A DNA stretch of 64,000 nt from Peptoniphilaceae bacterium (GCA_030152565.1 JASLJE010000001.1:1926-65925); one strand, 5' to 3'; positions 40,726 to 51,474 are shown, counted from the first letter of the stretch. The notes: generated by a model from the sequence alone, not told the origin. Made by a program: numbers and translations.

Positions 40726-42561
40726 ATGGGAAAAATTATAGGTATTGACTTAGGTACAACAAACTCAGCAGTAGCAGTTATGGAAGGTGGACAAGCCACA
40801 ATAATTCCTAACGCAGAAGGAAACAGGACTACACCATCAGTTGTAGCTTTTACAAAAGAAGGCGAAAGATTAATTGGGGAAACAGCTAAAAGACAAGCTA
40901 TTATGAACCCAGAAAGAACAATCTCTTCTATTAAGAGGGAAATGGGTAGAGACTTTAAGGTTACTATAGACGGAAAAGACTACTCACCAGAAGAAATTTC
41001 AGCTATGATCTTACAAAAATTAAAGGCTGATACAGAAGCTTACTTGGGAGAAGAAGTAACAGAAGCTGTTATCACAGTTCCTGCCTACTTTACAGATGCC
41101 CAAAGACAAGCTACTAAGGACGCTGGAAAAATTGCAGGCTTGGACGTTAAGAGAATTATAAACGAACCAACAGCAGCGGCCTTATCCTATGGTATGGACA
41201 AGGAAACAGACCAACATAAGATTATGGTATTCGACCTTGGTGGTGGTACCTTCGACGTTTCCATCCTAGAAGTTGGAGATGGAGTATTTGAAGTATTATC
41301 AACAAGAGGTAATAACAAGCTTGGTGGAGATGACTTTGACAACAAGCTTATGGACTATATAGCTCAAGAATTTAAGAAGGAACATGGAGTAGACTTAAAG
41401 GCAGATCCTACATCCCTACAAAGATTAAAGGACGCTGCAGAAAAGGCTAAGAAGGAATTATCAACTACCATGTCAACAAATGTGAACCTACCATTTATCA
41501 CAGCTGTTAATGGAGTTCCAGTTCACTTAAATATGGATATCTCAAGATCAAAATTTGAAGAATTAACTAGAGGCCTAGTTGATGAAACTATGGAACCAGT
41601 TAAACTTGCCCTAAAGGACGCAGGCCTTCAAAATTCAGAAATAGACAAGGTTTTACTAGTAGGTGGTTCAACTAGAATTCCTGCAGTACAAGAAGCTGTT
41701 AAAAGCTTAATTGGAAGGGATCCACAAAAGGATATAAACCCAGACGAATCAGTTTCTCTAGGAGCAGCTATCCAAGGTGGGGTTTTATCAGGAGAAGTTA
41801 AGGACCTATTATTACTAGACGTTACTCCTTTATCATTAGGACTAGAAACTTTAGGTGGAGTAAACACAGTATTAATCGAAAGAAATACAACTATACCAAC
41901 TAAGAAATCACAAATATTTACGACAGCAGCAGATGGACAAACAGCTGTAGACATCCACGTTTTACAAGGTGAAAGACAAATGGCTGTAGACAATACAACC
42001 TTGGGAAGATTCCAATTATCAGGAATCCCAACAGCTCCAAGAGGAGTTCCACAAATAGAAGTAACCTTTGACATAGATGCCAACGGTATTGTAAATGTAT
42101 CAGCTAAAGACTTGGGAACAGGTAAGGAACAAAAGATTACTATTACAGCATCAACTAACTTAAGTGATGATGAAATAGAAAAGAGAGTTCAAGAAGCTGA
42201 AAGATTTGCTGAAGAAGACAAGAAGAAAAAAGAATTAATTGAAACTAGAAACCAAGGTGAATCAATTGCCTACCAAGTGGAAAAAACACTTGCTGATCTA
42301 GGAGATAAAATATCAGAAGATGAAAAGAAGACAATCGAAGCTAAGAATGAAGAATTAAAGAAGGTATTAGACTCAGAAAATGTTTCTGATATCCAAGCTA
42401 AGATTGAAGACTTAACAGCTGAATTAAATAAGATGAGTGAAAAATTATATGCACAAGCAGGACCTGAAGCCCAAGGTCAACCAGGACCAGATGCCCAAGG
42501 GGATGACGGAGTGGTAGATGCTGATTACGAAGTAATCGACGACGAAGACGAAGAAAAGTAA
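40726..42561 (+). CDS. dnaK: Molecular chaperone DnaK
   Basis: Starts [22 protein letters not shown] is present. ATG 40726 follows AAGGAGGAG. Confidence 0.98.
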   Translation: MGKIIGIDLGTTNSAVAVMEGGQATIIPNAEGNRTTPSVVAFTKEGERLIGETAKRQAIMNPERTISSIKREMGRDFKVTIDGKDYSPEEISAMILQKLKADTEAYLGEEVTEAVITVPAYFTDAQRQATKDAGKIAGLDVKRIINEPTAAALSYGMDKETDQHKIMVFDLGGGTFDVSILEVGDGVFEVLSTRGNNKLGGDDFDNKLMDYIAQEFKKEHGVDLKADPTSLQRLKDAAEKAKKELSTTMSTNVNLPFITAVNGVPVHLNMDISRSKFEELTRGLVDETMEPVKLALKDAGLQNSEIDKVLLVGGSTRIPAVQEAVKSLIGRDPQKDINPDESVSLGAAIQGGVLSGEVKDLLLLDVTPLSLGLETLGGVNTVLIERNTTIPTKKSQIFTTAADGQTAVDIHVLQGERQMAVDNTTLGRFQLSGIPTAPRGVPQIEVTFDIDANGIVNVSAKDLGTGKEQKITITASTNLSDDEIEKRVQEAERFAEEDKKKKELIETRNQGESIAYQVEKTLADLGDKISEDEKKTIEAKNEELKKVLDSENVSDIQAKIEDLTAELNKMSEKLYAQAGPEAQGQPGPDAQGDDGVVDADYEVIDDEDEEK

Positions 42562-42573
42562 TATAATCAAATG

Positions 42574-42597
42574 AAAGGGAGGATTTCCTCCTTTTTA
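42574..42597 (+). terminator. Intrinsic terminator after dnaK
   Basis: AAAGGGAGGA-TT-TCCTCCTTT followed by TTA. Confidence 0.75.
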
Positions 42598-42656
42598 TTT
42601 GCAATTATTCCGATTTAATTATAATATAATAAAGATTATTAATAGGACGGTGAAGT

Positions 42657-43781
42657 ATGAGAAATCCATATGAAGTGCTGGAAGTAGATACCAGTGTAAC
42701 TTCTGATGAATTGAAAAAACAGTATAGAAGACTTGCTAAGAAGTATCATCCCGATTTAAATCCTAATGATGACGAAGCATCTGAAAAACTTAAGGAAATA
42801 AATGAGGCCTATTCTATCTTGTCAGACCCAGAAAAAAGGGACATGTTTGACAGGTATGGAGAAGCTGCCTTTGATCCAAACTCAGGCTTTGGAGGCGGAG
42901 GTTTTGGCGGAGGCGTTGGAGATATATTCTCAGATCTTTTCTCTGATTTATTTGGTGGTGGTCAAAGTTATCAAAAGACTGATCCCAATAGACCGAGAAG
43001 GGGAGCTGATATTGAAACCAGAGTTCATATAAGCTTTAAGGAAGCTGTTTTTGGAGTTGAAAAAGAAGTTCAATTTAGAAGAAAAGAAAATTGTAAGACC
43101 TGTTCAGGAAGTGGAGTTAAGGAAGGTAGTTCTAAGGATACCTGCCACAAGTGCCACGGTACAGGCCAGGTACAATATCAAAGATCCACCCCCTTTGGTC
43201 AATTTACATCTGTAGAGACCTGTGATGCCTGCAATGGCAGTGGGGAAATTATCAAGGAAAAATGTGAGACCTGCCACGGTCAAGGCCAGGTTATGAACAA
43301 TATGAAGATCAAGGTTAAGATTCCAGAAGGAATCGACAATGGTTCAATCATCCCTATCAGGGGCAAGGGAAATGAAGGGGAAAATGGAGGACCAGCAGGA
43401 GATCTTTACATTATAGTAACTGTTGAAGAACATGAAATCTTTAAGAGAAATGGCAATGACATACACTATGAGCTTCCAATAAGCTTTGTAACAGCCAGTC
43501 TTGGAGAGGACATTGAAATACCTCTACTAGATGGAACCATGGACTACACCATACCAGCAGGAACCCAACCGGGAACCAGATTTAAGGTTAAGGGCAAGGG
43601 TGTAAAGGACGTAAGGACCAAGAGGCCTGGGGATATTTACTTTGACGTCAAGGTGATTATACCAAAGGAACTTTCCAAGGAACAAAAGGAAAAATTAAAA
43701 GAATTTGCAGAAATCTCTGGCAAGGAAGTTAAGGAACCTAGAAAGAACTTCTTTGACAAGATAAAAGATTTCTTTGACTAA
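42657..43781 (+). CDS. dnaJ: Molecular chaperone DnaJ
   Basis: J domain with HPD (KYHPDLN), G/F region, and four CxxCxGxG zinc-finger repeats. Confidence 0.97.
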   Translation: MRNPYEVLEVDTSVTSDELKKQYRRLAKKYHPDLNPNDDEASEKLKEINEAYSILSDPEKRDMFDRYGEAAFDPNSGFGGGGFGGGVGDIFSDLFSDLFGGGQSYQKTDPNRPRRGADIETRVHISFKEAVFGVEKEVQFRRKENCKTCSGSGVKEGSSKDTCHKCHGTGQVQYQRSTPFGQFTSVETCDACNGSGEIIKEKCETCHGQGQVMNNMKIKVKIPEGIDNGSIIPIRGKGNEGENGGPAGDLYIIVTVEEHEIFKRNGNDIHYELPISFVTASLGEDIEIPLLDGTMDYTIPAGTQPGTRFKVKGKGVKDVRTKRPGDIYFDVKVIIPKELSKEQKEKLKEFAEISGKEVKEPRKNFFDKIKDFFD

Positions 43782-43857
43782 AAAGGTTTTTAGGTTATCC
43801 TAAAAGCTTTTTTATTTTATACAATAGTTGGTATAATGGAAGAATAAGAGGTGGAAA

Positions 43858-44769
43858 ATGGAAAATCAATTTATTTTAGTAGAAGCAATAATGGACAGAA
43901 GCTATAGGGACTACATAGACCAACTGATCTATGACTATGACTTTGTAGGCATGGAAATAGAAGACAGTGATGATATAAAAGAATACTTGGACCATATGAA
44001 GGACTGGGAAATAACAGACTTGGAATATGAGAAAAAAGATAGAATAAGGATAAAAATCTACTTTAACCAGGACCAGGAGGGAAGAAAAGAGGCAGAAAGA
44101 TTTAAGAAAAACCTTTTAGAATCTATAGAAGGCCTGGAAATCCTAGAAGAAGATGTGGATAATTCCAACTGGGAAGAAGAGTGGAAAAAATCCTACCAAT
44201 CCTTTGAAATAGGAAAAAATATTATTATTAAGCCTAGCTGGGAAGACCTGGATAAGAAGGATAAGATGATTATAGAGATAGATCCTAAGATGGCCTTTGG
44301 AACAGGAAGCCATGAGACTACATCCATGTGTATGGAATATATAGAGGATGAAGACTTAGAGGGTAAGAAGATTCTAGATATAGGCTGTGGCTCAGGCATC
44401 CTTTCAATCTTAGCCAGTAAGCTAGGAGCAGACAGTATAGACGCAGTAGACATAGATGAATATGCCCTAGCATCTACCAAGGACAATGCCAGGATAAATG
44501 GTGTAGACAATATAGAGATCTTCTACAGCAATCTTTTCTCCCATGCAGAGGGAAGCTACCATATAATTTTTGCCAATATTTTAGCTGAAATATTGGTAGA
44601 CATGATAGACAAGTCACAAGACCACCTGGAAGAAGGGGGACTTTTAGTATTGTCAGGAATTATTAGGGAGAGGGAAGACCTAGTGGCCCAGGCCCTAGAG
44701 AGAAATGATTATAGCTTAATAGATAAAAAATATAAAGGAGACTGGGTCCTTCTAGTGGCCCAAAAATAA
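43858..44769 (+). CDS. prmA: Ribosomal protein L11 methyltransferase
   Basis: 303 aa. FGTGSHETT, SAM motif ILDIGCGSGIL and GLLVLSGI. Confidence 0.9.
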   Translation: MENQFILVEAIMDRSYRDYIDQLIYDYDFVGMEIEDSDDIKEYLDHMKDWEITDLEYEKKDRIRIKIYFNQDQEGRKEAERFKKNLLESIEGLEILEEDVDNSNWEEEWKKSYQSFEIGKNIIIKPSWEDLDKKDKMIIEIDPKMAFGTGSHETTSMCMEYIEDEDLEGKKILDIGCGSGILSILASKLGADSIDAVDIDEYALASTKDNARINGVDNIEIFYSNLFSHAEGSYHIIFANILAEILVDMIDKSQDHLEEGGLLVLSGIIREREDLVAQALERNDYSLIDKKYKGDWVLLVAQK

Positions 44770-44770
44770 G

Positions 44771-45505
44771 ATGTATAGATTTTTTGAAGACGAGACCAGG
44801 TTAAGAGACGGAAAAATATATATTTTTGATGAAAACTACAGGCATATAGTAAGGGTTCTAAGAATAGATGCCAAGGAAGAGTTTGAAGTGGTCCTAGGAG
44901 AGACCATTTATTTGGTCCAAATAGAAGAAGAAAGAGAAGACCATATAGTATGTAAAATCCTAGGTGAGAAAAAGGGAGAAAATGAATCCCCCCTTAGGCT
45001 TAGGATCTACCAAGGCCTACCCAAGTCAGACAAGCTAGAACTTATCATCCAAAAGACCATAGAGCTGGGAGTAGTATCTATAACTCCATTTAAGAGTAAG
45101 AGGACAGTGGTTAAGTGGGATGAAAAGAAGGAAAAAAAGAAGATAAAAAGATATGAGGAAATAGCCAAGGCAGCGAGTAAACAGGCCAAGAGGGACTATA
45201 TTCCAGAGATAAAACCCCTTATGGATTTCAAGGATTTGGTTGAAGTAGTTGACCAAGGGGCAACTATTTTGGCCTATGAAATCGAGGGTAGACCTATGAA
45301 GGAGGTCTTAAAAGAAGTGGAAGAGCTGGGACAAAAAGATGTTAATGTAATAATTGGACCAGAGGGAGGCTTTGCCCCAGAAGAGGTGGAGCTTTTAAGA
45401 GCTAAGGGGGCCCATGTGGTAAACTTAGGCAATAGAATCCTTAGGACAGAGACTGCTGCCATCAGCCTAGCTTCCATAATACAATATGAATTAGGAGATT
45501 TATAA
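44771..45505 (+). CDS. rsmE: 16S rRNA (uracil1498-N3)-methyltransferase
   Basis: 244 aa. MYRFF N terminus, IGPEGGF and LRTETA motifs. Confidence 0.9.
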   Translation: MYRFFEDETRLRDGKIYIFDENYRHIVRVLRIDAKEEFEVVLGETIYLVQIEEEREDHIVCKILGEKKGENESPLRLRIYQGLPKSDKLELIIQKTIELGVVSITPFKSKRTVVKWDEKKEKKKIKRYEEIAKAASKQAKRDYIPEIKPLMDFKDLVEVVDQGATILAYEIEGRPMKEVLKEVEELGQKDVNVIIGPEGGFAPEEVELLRAKGAHVVNLGNRILRTETAAISLASIIQYELGDL

Positions 45506-46812
45506 TGAAGACATTTAATATATATACTCTTGGTTGTAAGGTAAACCAGTATGAAAGTGAGGCCATGGAAAAGATCTTTATCAAGGATGGCTATGAAAAG
45601 GTGGACAGGGATGATGTGGCCGATGTTTACATCATCAATACTTGTACAGTAACAGCGGCAGCTGACAGCAAGTCTAGACAGTATATATCCAAGGCTAGAA
45701 AGCTAAATCCCCAGGCAACCATAGCAGTGGTAGGCTGCTATAGCCAGGTGGCCTCTGAAGAGGTTGAAGGCCTGGAAGGGGTAGATATTGTGGTGGGAAC
45801 CAAGCATAGAAATCAAATCTTAGATTTGGTTAAGGACCACAAGGCCAATAAGAAACCTATAAATGTGGTTGAAAGCATTAAGAAAAACCAGGACTTTGAT
45901 GAGATGGAGACCAATGAAGATAGGTATATGACCAGGGCCTATATAAAGATCCAAGAAGGCTGTAATATGTTTTGCAGCTACTGTATTATTCCCTATGCTA
46001 GAGGACCAATCTCTTCAAGGGATTTTGACCATATTGTGGTGGAGGCCAAGAGATTGGCCCAGGCAGGCTACAAGGAAATAATTCTTACAGGTATTCATGT
46101 AGAGTCCTATGGTAAGGACAAGGGCAAGGACTATCAAAGGCTAATTGACGTTATAGAGGCGGTTTCCCAGGTGGAGGGCATAGAGAGGATTAGACTATCC
46201 AGTGTGGAACCTAACACCATAACTGATGACTTTTTAACCAGGCTTAAGGCTACTAAAAAGGCCTGTGACCACTTCCACCTGTCCCTACAAAGTGGGTCAG
46301 ATGACATCCTAAAGGCCATGAATAGAAAGTATGATACCAAGACCTACAAGGACAAGATAGACCTGATTAGGACCTATTTCCCAGAGGCAGGTATTACTAC
46401 AGATTTGATTTGTGGTTTTCCAGGAGAGACTGAAGAAAACCACCAGGAGACCATGGACTTTATAGGGACCATAGGCTTTTCTAAAATCCATATCTTTCCT
46501 TATTCTAGAAGGGAGGGTACTCCTGCAGCCGACTTTAAAGGTCAGCTAAGCAATAAGGTTAAGAAGGCCAGGGCTAGGGAATTAAACAAGATGGAAAAAG
46601 ATATATCCAGAGATTTTCTAGATAGCTTTATAGGAAAAGACCTGGAAGTACTCTTTGAAATCCACAATTCCAACCCTAAATACAGCAGTGGTTATTCATC
46701 AAACTACCTAAGAATTAAGGTGGACAGGGATGAAAGTTTGAAAAATACTATAAAAAGGGTTAAAATAGAGAAGAGGATTGAAGATCAACTTTATGGAAAG
46801 ATATGTGACTAG
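45505..46812 (+). CDS. mtaB: tRNA methylthiotransferase MtaB (MiaB-like radical SAM)
   Basis: 435 aa. N-terminal UPF0004 cysteines (LGCKVN, NTCTV), radical SAM CNMFCSYC and a TRAM-like C terminus. Conserved position after rsmE. Confidence 0.82.
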   Translation: MKTFNIYTLGCKVNQYESEAMEKIFIKDGYEKVDRDDVADVYIINTCTVTAAADSKSRQYISKARKLNPQATIAVVGCYSQVASEEVEGLEGVDIVVGTKHRNQILDLVKDHKANKKPINVVESIKKNQDFDEMETNEDRYMTRAYIKIQEGCNMFCSYCIIPYARGPISSRDFDHIVVEAKRLAQAGYKEIILTGIHVESYGKDKGKDYQRLIDVIEAVSQVEGIERIRLSSVEPNTITDDFLTRLKATKKACDHFHLSLQSGSDDILKAMNRKYDTKTYKDKIDLIRTYFPEAGITTDLICGFPGETEENHQETMDFIGTIGFSKIHIFPYSRREGTPAADFKGQLSNKVKKARARELNKMEKDISRDFLDSFIGKDLEVLFEIHNSNPKYSSGYSSNYLRIKVDRDESLKNTIKRVKIEKRIEDQLYGKICD

Positions 46813-46823
46813 GAGGTGAAACA

Positions 46824-47162
46824 ATGGACTGTATTTTTTGTAAATTAGCAAATGGAGAGATTCCAACAGAGGTGGTCTATGAAGACGACTATGTTTTTGC
46901 TTTTAATGATATGGATCCACAAGCGCCTATTCATATGCTTTTTATCCCCAAGGCTCACATAGACTCAGCCAATGAAATAGAGGATGAAGATATAATTGTA
47001 GCCAGGATTTTTAGGGCAATAAAAAAGGTTGCCAAGGAAAAGGGTTTTGATAAAGATGGTTATAGGGTTGTAAACAATTGTGGAATTGACGGCGGTCAAA
47101 CAGTAGAACATTTACACTTTCACGTCTTGGCTGAAAGAAAAATGTTATGGCCACCAGGTTGA
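46824..47162 (+). CDS. HIT-family nucleotide hydrolase
   Basis: 112 aa. CIFCK N terminus and histidine triad HLHFHVL. Confidence 0.9.
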   Translation: MDCIFCKLANGEIPTEVVYEDDYVFAFNDMDPQAPIHMLFIPKAHIDSANEIEDEDIIVARIFRAIKKVAKEKGFDKDGYRVVNNCGIDGGQTVEHLHFHVLAERKMLWPPG

Positions 47163-47281
47163 TTTTAAAACACTGATTTTACACAATTTGCTGTTGCAAA
47201 ATGTTTACTTTTATAATATAATCATAAAGTATCTAAAGTCCTGTAAGGACACTCTTGAGAGTATGAGGGGAGGGATAGTTG

Positions 47282-47461
47282 ATGACAGAGATTAAGGTTG
47301 GCGAAAATGAATCTATAGATAATGCTCTTAAAAGATTTAAAAGACAATGTGCTCGTTCAGGAGTTCTTTCTGAATACAGAAAAAGAGAACACTATGAAAA
47401 ACCAAGTATAAAGAGAAAGAAAAAATCTGAAGCAGCAAGAAGAAAGAAAAAAAGAGGCTAA
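47282..47461 (+). CDS. rpsU: 30S ribosomal protein S21
   Basis: [42 protein letters not shown]... RBS GAGGGGAGGG. The listed start at 47279 is a TTG one codon upstream. Confidence 0.95.
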   Translation: MTEIKVGENESIDNALKRFKRQCARSGVLSEYRKREHYEKPSIKRKKKSEAARRKKKRG

Positions 47462-47471
47462 TTTGGGTTTT

Positions 47472-47496
47472 ATGGCAGATTTATCTGCCATTTTTA
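47472..47496 (+). terminator. Intrinsic terminator after rpsU
   Basis: ATGGCAGAT-TT-ATCTGCCAT followed by TTTTTA. Confidence 0.8.
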
Positions 47497-47527
47497 TTTT
47501 TAAAATATAAGAGATTTAAAATACAAA

Positions 47528-47557
47528 ACTGATTGGATAACCAATCAGTCTTTTTTT
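47528..47557. terminator. Terminator hairpin downstream of the minus-strand lipoprotein gene (usable on both strands)
   Basis: CTGATTGG-ATAA-CCAATCAG flanked by AAAA on the 5' side and T7 on the 3' side. Confidence 0.7.
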
Positions 47558-48275
47558 AGTAATAATATTCTATTTGTGAATTAGGAAAGGCCATATCATT
47601 GGAAAGAATTGGCTCTACAGCTTCCTTGAATTCTTGTGGACTGCCTGTCTTTAGTCCAGAAAAGTTTGGCGCCATTTCCATAATAGCCTTTTCGCCCCAT
47701 AGGACTAGCTTGTCGTGGTTGGCAGCCTTAAAGTGGCTTATAATACCGATCTTATTGTCGTCATACTTTACCACCCAACCAAAGGCATCAGGGTTTTCAA
47801 ACCTGGCAACTGCCTGTAGGTAGTTAAGGTCTATAGGTTTACCACTGTCATTATTGTCTTCAGTGATTTCTATCTTACCACCATTTCTATTGTTTATTTC
47901 CCCAATTAAAATATTGGTCTTGTCCTGATTAAAGCTAACTTCTTTTTCTTCTTCAGCTTCTTCCTTATCCTCAGGTTTTTCTTCTTCAGAATCTTCCTTG
48001 TCTTCAGGCTTTTCCTCTTCAGGATCTTTTTTGTCTTCTTCTGTTTTATCTTCTTCTTCTTTTTCAGGATCTTCCTTGTCTTCAGGCTTTTCCTCTTCAG
48101 TTTCTTCTTCCTTCTTGTCATCATCCTTGGATGTGTCCTTGTCGTCTTCCTTGTCCTCTATATCTTCCACCGGCTTATTATCTTCTTTGTCCTTAGTGTT
48201 TCCGCAGGCAACCAGTGAAAGGCTGGCTAGGATTAACATAAGTGTAAATATGAATGATTTTAATTTTTTCTTCAT
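47556..48275 (-). CDS. Lipoprotein with highly acidic E/K/D/P low-complexity repeat region and an unknown C-terminal domain
   Basis: Signal peptide with lipobox LSLVAC|GN. About 90 aa of EEKPEDKED-type repeats are followed by a ~125-aa globular tail. Confidence 0.8.
   Translation of the reverse strand: MKKKLKSFIFTLMLILASLSLVACGNTKDKEDNKPVEDIEDKEDDKDTSKDDDKKEEETEEEKPEDKEDPEKEEEDKTEEDKKDPEEEKPEDKEDSEEEKPEDKEEAEEEKEVSFNQDKTNILIGEINNRNGGKIEITEDNNDSGKPIDLNYLQAVARFENPDAFGWVVKYDDNKIGIISHFKAANHDKLVLWGEKAIMEMAPNFSGLKTGSPQEFKEAVEPILSNDMAFPNSQIEYYY
47991..48100. repeat. Perfect 32-nt direct repeat (78-nt period) inside the lipoprotein gene
   Basis: ATCTTCCTTGTCTTCAGGCTTTTCCTCTTCAG occurs at 47991-48022 and again at 48069-48100. 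A degenerate third copy lies at ~47960-47989. Confidence 0.9.
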
Positions 48276-48394
48276 AAAATCCCTCCTTTATGCTCTTTAT
48301 TATAACATATATTGATTTTTTATTATATTGTCTAATATAACAATATGGTAATAATGACCGTTTAAGGGTATAATTTAATAAAGGAGGAATGAAT

Positions 48395-48874
48395 ATGTGG
48401 CCATTTAGTTTAGTTGATATAAATATTTTATTTTCACTACTTTTAATAGCTGGTGTTACGGCCATTTTATTTGAAGTATTTATTCCAAGCTTTGGAGCTA
48501 TAGGAATTACGGGAGCCGTATTTATCTATATAGCCCTTGGTTTGATATCGGATTTAACAGATCCCTTAAACAATATACTTATATCATTTATCATTGCAGT
48601 ACTTATATCTTTTATCTTAATAAGATTGATTTTAAAGACCAAAAAAGTCGATGACTTGGTTTTGGACAAGAGTATAGAATCCTTGGCCAGCCAGGAAAAA
48701 CAGCCGGACAATACTATCGGGGTTGTCATGTCAAATCTTAGACCAGTAGGCAAGATCAAGGTGGCAGGCAAGGTCTATGAGGCCCAATCCTGTGAAGAGT
48801 TTATTGAAAAGGGAGCAAAGATTGAAATTATAGAGGTTAAGGGAAACAAAATTTATTGTAGGAGGATTGATTAA
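48395..48874 (+). CDS. NfeD-family membrane protein
   Basis: Three N-terminal TM segments plus a C-terminal OB-like domain ([14 protein letters not shown]...[12 protein letters not shown]). It lies immediately upstream of floA. ATG 48395 lies 7 nt after AGGAGG. Confidence 0.8.
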   Translation: MWPFSLVDINILFSLLLIAGVTAILFEVFIPSFGAIGITGAVFIYIALGLISDLTDPLNNILISFIIAVLISFILIRLILKTKKVDDLVLDKSIESLASQEKQPDNTIGVVMSNLRPVGKIKVAGKVYEAQSCEEFIEKGAKIEIIEVKGNKIYCRRID

Positions 48875-49866
48875 TGCCATTTGATTTTTCAGTTATTTTT
48901 ATCACTGTAGTGATTATAATCTTATTATCACTATTTTTTACCTTTATTCCAGTAGGCCTGTGGATAACTGCCTTTTTCTCAGGAGTAAGTGTAAAGATGT
49001 CCACCCTGATGGGGATGAGACTAAGAAGGGTTGTTCCATCTAGGATTATAAACCCTATGATCAAGGCCACCAAGGCTGGTTTGGACATCCAAATAGATGA
49101 ACTAGAAGCCCACTACCTGGCCGGAGGAAATATAAATACGGTAGTAGATGCTTTAATAGCAGCCCAAAGGGCAAATATAGACCTGTCCTTTAAACAGGCA
49201 GCTGCCATAGACTTGGCTGGAAGAAATGTTTTTGAAGCAGTTCAAGTATCAGTTAACCCTAAGGTTATAGAGACTCCGGAAATAGCTGCAGTAGCCATGG
49301 ATGGTATCGAAGTAACAGCCAAGGCCAAGGTAACAGTAAGGGCTAATATAGATAGATTGGTAGGGGGAGCTGGAGAGGAAACTATTATAGCCAGAGTAGG
49401 TGAAGGTATAGTAACCACTGTAGGTTCAGCCAAGAACCACTCTGAGGTTTTAGAAAATCCAGACCTAATATCAAAAACAGTTTTAAACAAGGGCTTGGAT
49501 TCAGGTACAGCCTTTGAAATCCTATCCATAGATATAGCTGATGTGGATGTGGGTAGAAACGTAGGCGCCAAGCTACAGACAGAACAGGCTGAAGCAGACA
49601 AGAAAATTGCCCAGGCCAAGGCAGAAGAAAGAAGGGCCATGGCTGTGGCAACTGAACAGGAAATGGTTGCTGAAATCAGAAGGATGAGAGCCAAGGTAGT
49701 AGAGGCGGAATCAAAGGTTCCCCTAGCTTTAGCCCATGCCTTAAATGAAGGAAGAATGGGAGCTATGGACTACTATAATATGCAAAACATCTTGGCTGAT
49801 ACCCAAATGAGAGAAAGCATAGCCGGATCTGGGGAAGAAGTGGAAGACAATGAAAAAGAAGACTAG
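48874..49866 (+). CDS. floA: Flotillin-like protein FloA
   Basis: 330 aa. Very close to the B. subtilis FloA/YqfA pattern ([41 protein letters not shown]). Confidence 0.93.
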   Translation: MPFDFSVIFITVVIIILLSLFFTFIPVGLWITAFFSGVSVKMSTLMGMRLRRVVPSRIINPMIKATKAGLDIQIDELEAHYLAGGNINTVVDALIAAQRANIDLSFKQAAAIDLAGRNVFEAVQVSVNPKVIETPEIAAVAMDGIEVTAKAKVTVRANIDRLVGGAGEETIIARVGEGIVTTVGSAKNHSEVLENPDLISKTVLNKGLDSGTAFEILSIDIADVDVGRNVGAKLQTEQAEADKKIAQAKAEERRAMAVATEQEMVAEIRRMRAKVVEAESKVPLALAHALNEGRMGAMDYYNMQNILADTQMRESIAGSGEEVEDNEKED

Positions 49867-50057
49867 GCCAGCTGATGAGATAAAAAAAGAACTCACTGGC
49901 AAGGATAGGATAAAAAACTTAAGAAAAGCGGTCATCTACAGGGAAATCCTAGATAGACCAAAACACAAAAGGGGTCGTTAGACTCCTTTTCTTTGTCATA
50001 AATTAATGAAAAAAATATCCCATTAAGCTATAATAGATATGATAAAGTGAGGTATAT

Positions 50058-51038
50058 ATGAAGGAAGTTTATAAAGACATTAATAATATAGATAAGTTGC
50101 ACATTTTATTTGGAAATCTAGATGAGAATATTAGGGAAATAGAAAGAGAATTCTCAGTAAAGATTAGGCTGGTAGATGACCGCCTACAAATAAGGGGAGA
50201 GGAGTCCTTGGTCAAGCTTGTCCTACATCTTTTAGATGTTTTGGATGAGATTATAGAGACTAAGAAGACCCTGAGTCTAGCAGATCTTAGATATGCCATC
50301 GCCATGGAAAAGAAAAATAGTGCTGATAGTATTAAGGACTATTTGGATGATGTGGTGGTTACCACCTATCAGGGTAAGCCTATCAGGCCTAAGACTATCG
50401 GACAAAAGGCCTATGTGGATTCCATAAGAAAAAATGGCATAGTTTTTGGTATAGGACCAGCAGGTACTGGTAAGACCTACCTGGCCATGGCCATGGCTAT
50501 AGAGGCCTTTAAAAACAAGGAAGTAAATAGGATTATTTTGACCAGACCAGCTGTAGAAGCGGGAGAAAACCTGGGCTTTCTACCTGGAGACTTACAGGAA
50601 AAAATCGATCCCTACCTAAGACCTCTTTACGACGCCCTTTTTGAAATAATGGGGCCAGATACCTACCAAAAATTAATGGAAAGAGGGCAAATTGAAGTAG
50701 CTCCTCTAGCCTATATGAGGGGAAGGACCCTGGACAATGCCTTTATTGTCCTAGATGAGGCCCAAAATACCACCAGTGAACAGATGAAGATGTTTTTAAC
50801 CAGACTAGGCTATGGTTCCAAGGCTATTATAACAGGGGATATAACCCAGTTAGACCTGCCTAGGGGCAAGAAGTCAGGCCTGGTTACCATAAGGGAAATC
50901 CTAGAAGGGGTAAAGGGTATAGACTTTAAAGACTTTGATAGAAATGACGTGGTTAGACACCCACTAGTTCAAAGAATTATTGACGCCTATGAAGAATATG
51001 AAATGAGGGAAAAAAATGGACCTACTAATAGACAATAG
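50058..51038 (+). CDS. phoH: PhoH-family ATPase
   Basis: 326 aa. Walker A GPAGTGKTYLA, LDEAQN and GDITQ.DLP. Confidence 0.92.
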   Translation: MKEVYKDINNIDKLHILFGNLDENIREIEREFSVKIRLVDDRLQIRGEESLVKLVLHLLDVLDEIIETKKTLSLADLRYAIAMEKKNSADSIKDYLDDVVVTTYQGKPIRPKTIGQKAYVDSIRKNGIVFGIGPAGTGKTYLAMAMAIEAFKNKEVNRIILTRPAVEAGENLGFLPGDLQEKIDPYLRPLYDALFEIMGPDTYQKLMERGQIEVAPLAYMRGRTLDNAFIVLDEAQNTTSEQMKMFLTRLGYGSKAIITGDITQLDLPRGKKSGLVTIREILEGVKGIDFKDFDRNDVVRHPLVQRIIDAYEEYEMREKNGPTNRQ

Positions 51039-51474
51039 GGATGAGACCTTTGACTTGACTGAGGACATAGAAGAAGACTTGAAAAAAGCCCTTCTAAAGA
51101 CCTTGGAAGTAGAAGGCCTGGACAGTGACTATGAAATATCACTTTCCTTTGTAAATAAGGAAGAGATAAGAAGTCTTAACAGGGACTATAGGGACAAGGA
51201 TGCAGTAACTGATGTTTTAAGCTTTTATCTTTTTGACAGTCTAGAGGAAATAAAGACTTTTAAAATGTTGGGAGACATAGTTATCTGTGTTGATAGGGCT
51301 AGAGACCAGGCTGAGGATTTTGGCCACAGTGTCAAAAGAGAGATGACCTATTTGACAGTCCACTCCTGCCTTCACCTTTTAGGCTATGACCACATGGAAG
51401 AAGAAGAGAAGAAAGAGATGAGATCTAGGGAAAAATTGATCATGAAAGAATTAGGAGTATTTAAAAGTGAATAA
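51016..51474 (+). CDS. ybeY: rRNA maturation endoribonuclease YbeY
   Basis: 152 aa with zinc motif HSCLHLLGYDH. Confidence 0.93.
   Translation: MDLLIDNRDETFDLTEDIEEDLKKALLKTLEVEGLDSDYEISLSFVNKEEIRSLNRDYRDKDAVTDVLSFYLFDSLEEIKTFKMLGDIVICVDRARDQAEDFGHSVKREMTYLTVHSCLHLLGYDHMEEEEKKEMRSREKLIMKELGVFKSE

Noticed and set aside
41628-42083. 151-aa antisense ORF (also 49242-49694, 49385-49651, 29466-29840, 15632-16018, 35019-35345, 44193-44510, 20134-20469 and other minus-strand ORFs in the track)
   Set aside because: All lie fully inside strongly conserved + strand genes (dnaK, floA, atpD, nth, lepA, prmA, ileS). They have no RBS and show Ser/Leu/Pro-rich, low-information composition typical of antisense frames.
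42802-43032. 76-aa + strand ORF inside dnaJ in another frame
   Set aside because: It overlaps the dnaJ G/F region, has no RBS and has no recognisable protein features.
47906-48315. Alternative-frame ORFs (47906-48124 minus, 47998-48315 plus) over the acidic repeat region
   Set aside because: The low-complexity GAA/GAT/AAG-rich repeat DNA keeps several frames open. Only the frame with a signal peptide, lipobox, RBS and terminator is credible.
48323-48346. AT-only palindromes (TTATATT-GTCT-AATATAA and ATATTGT...ACAATAT) in the divergent lipoprotein/nfeD promoter region
   Set aside because: Such palindromes arise easily by chance in nearly pure A/T sequence, and no associated regulator is evident.
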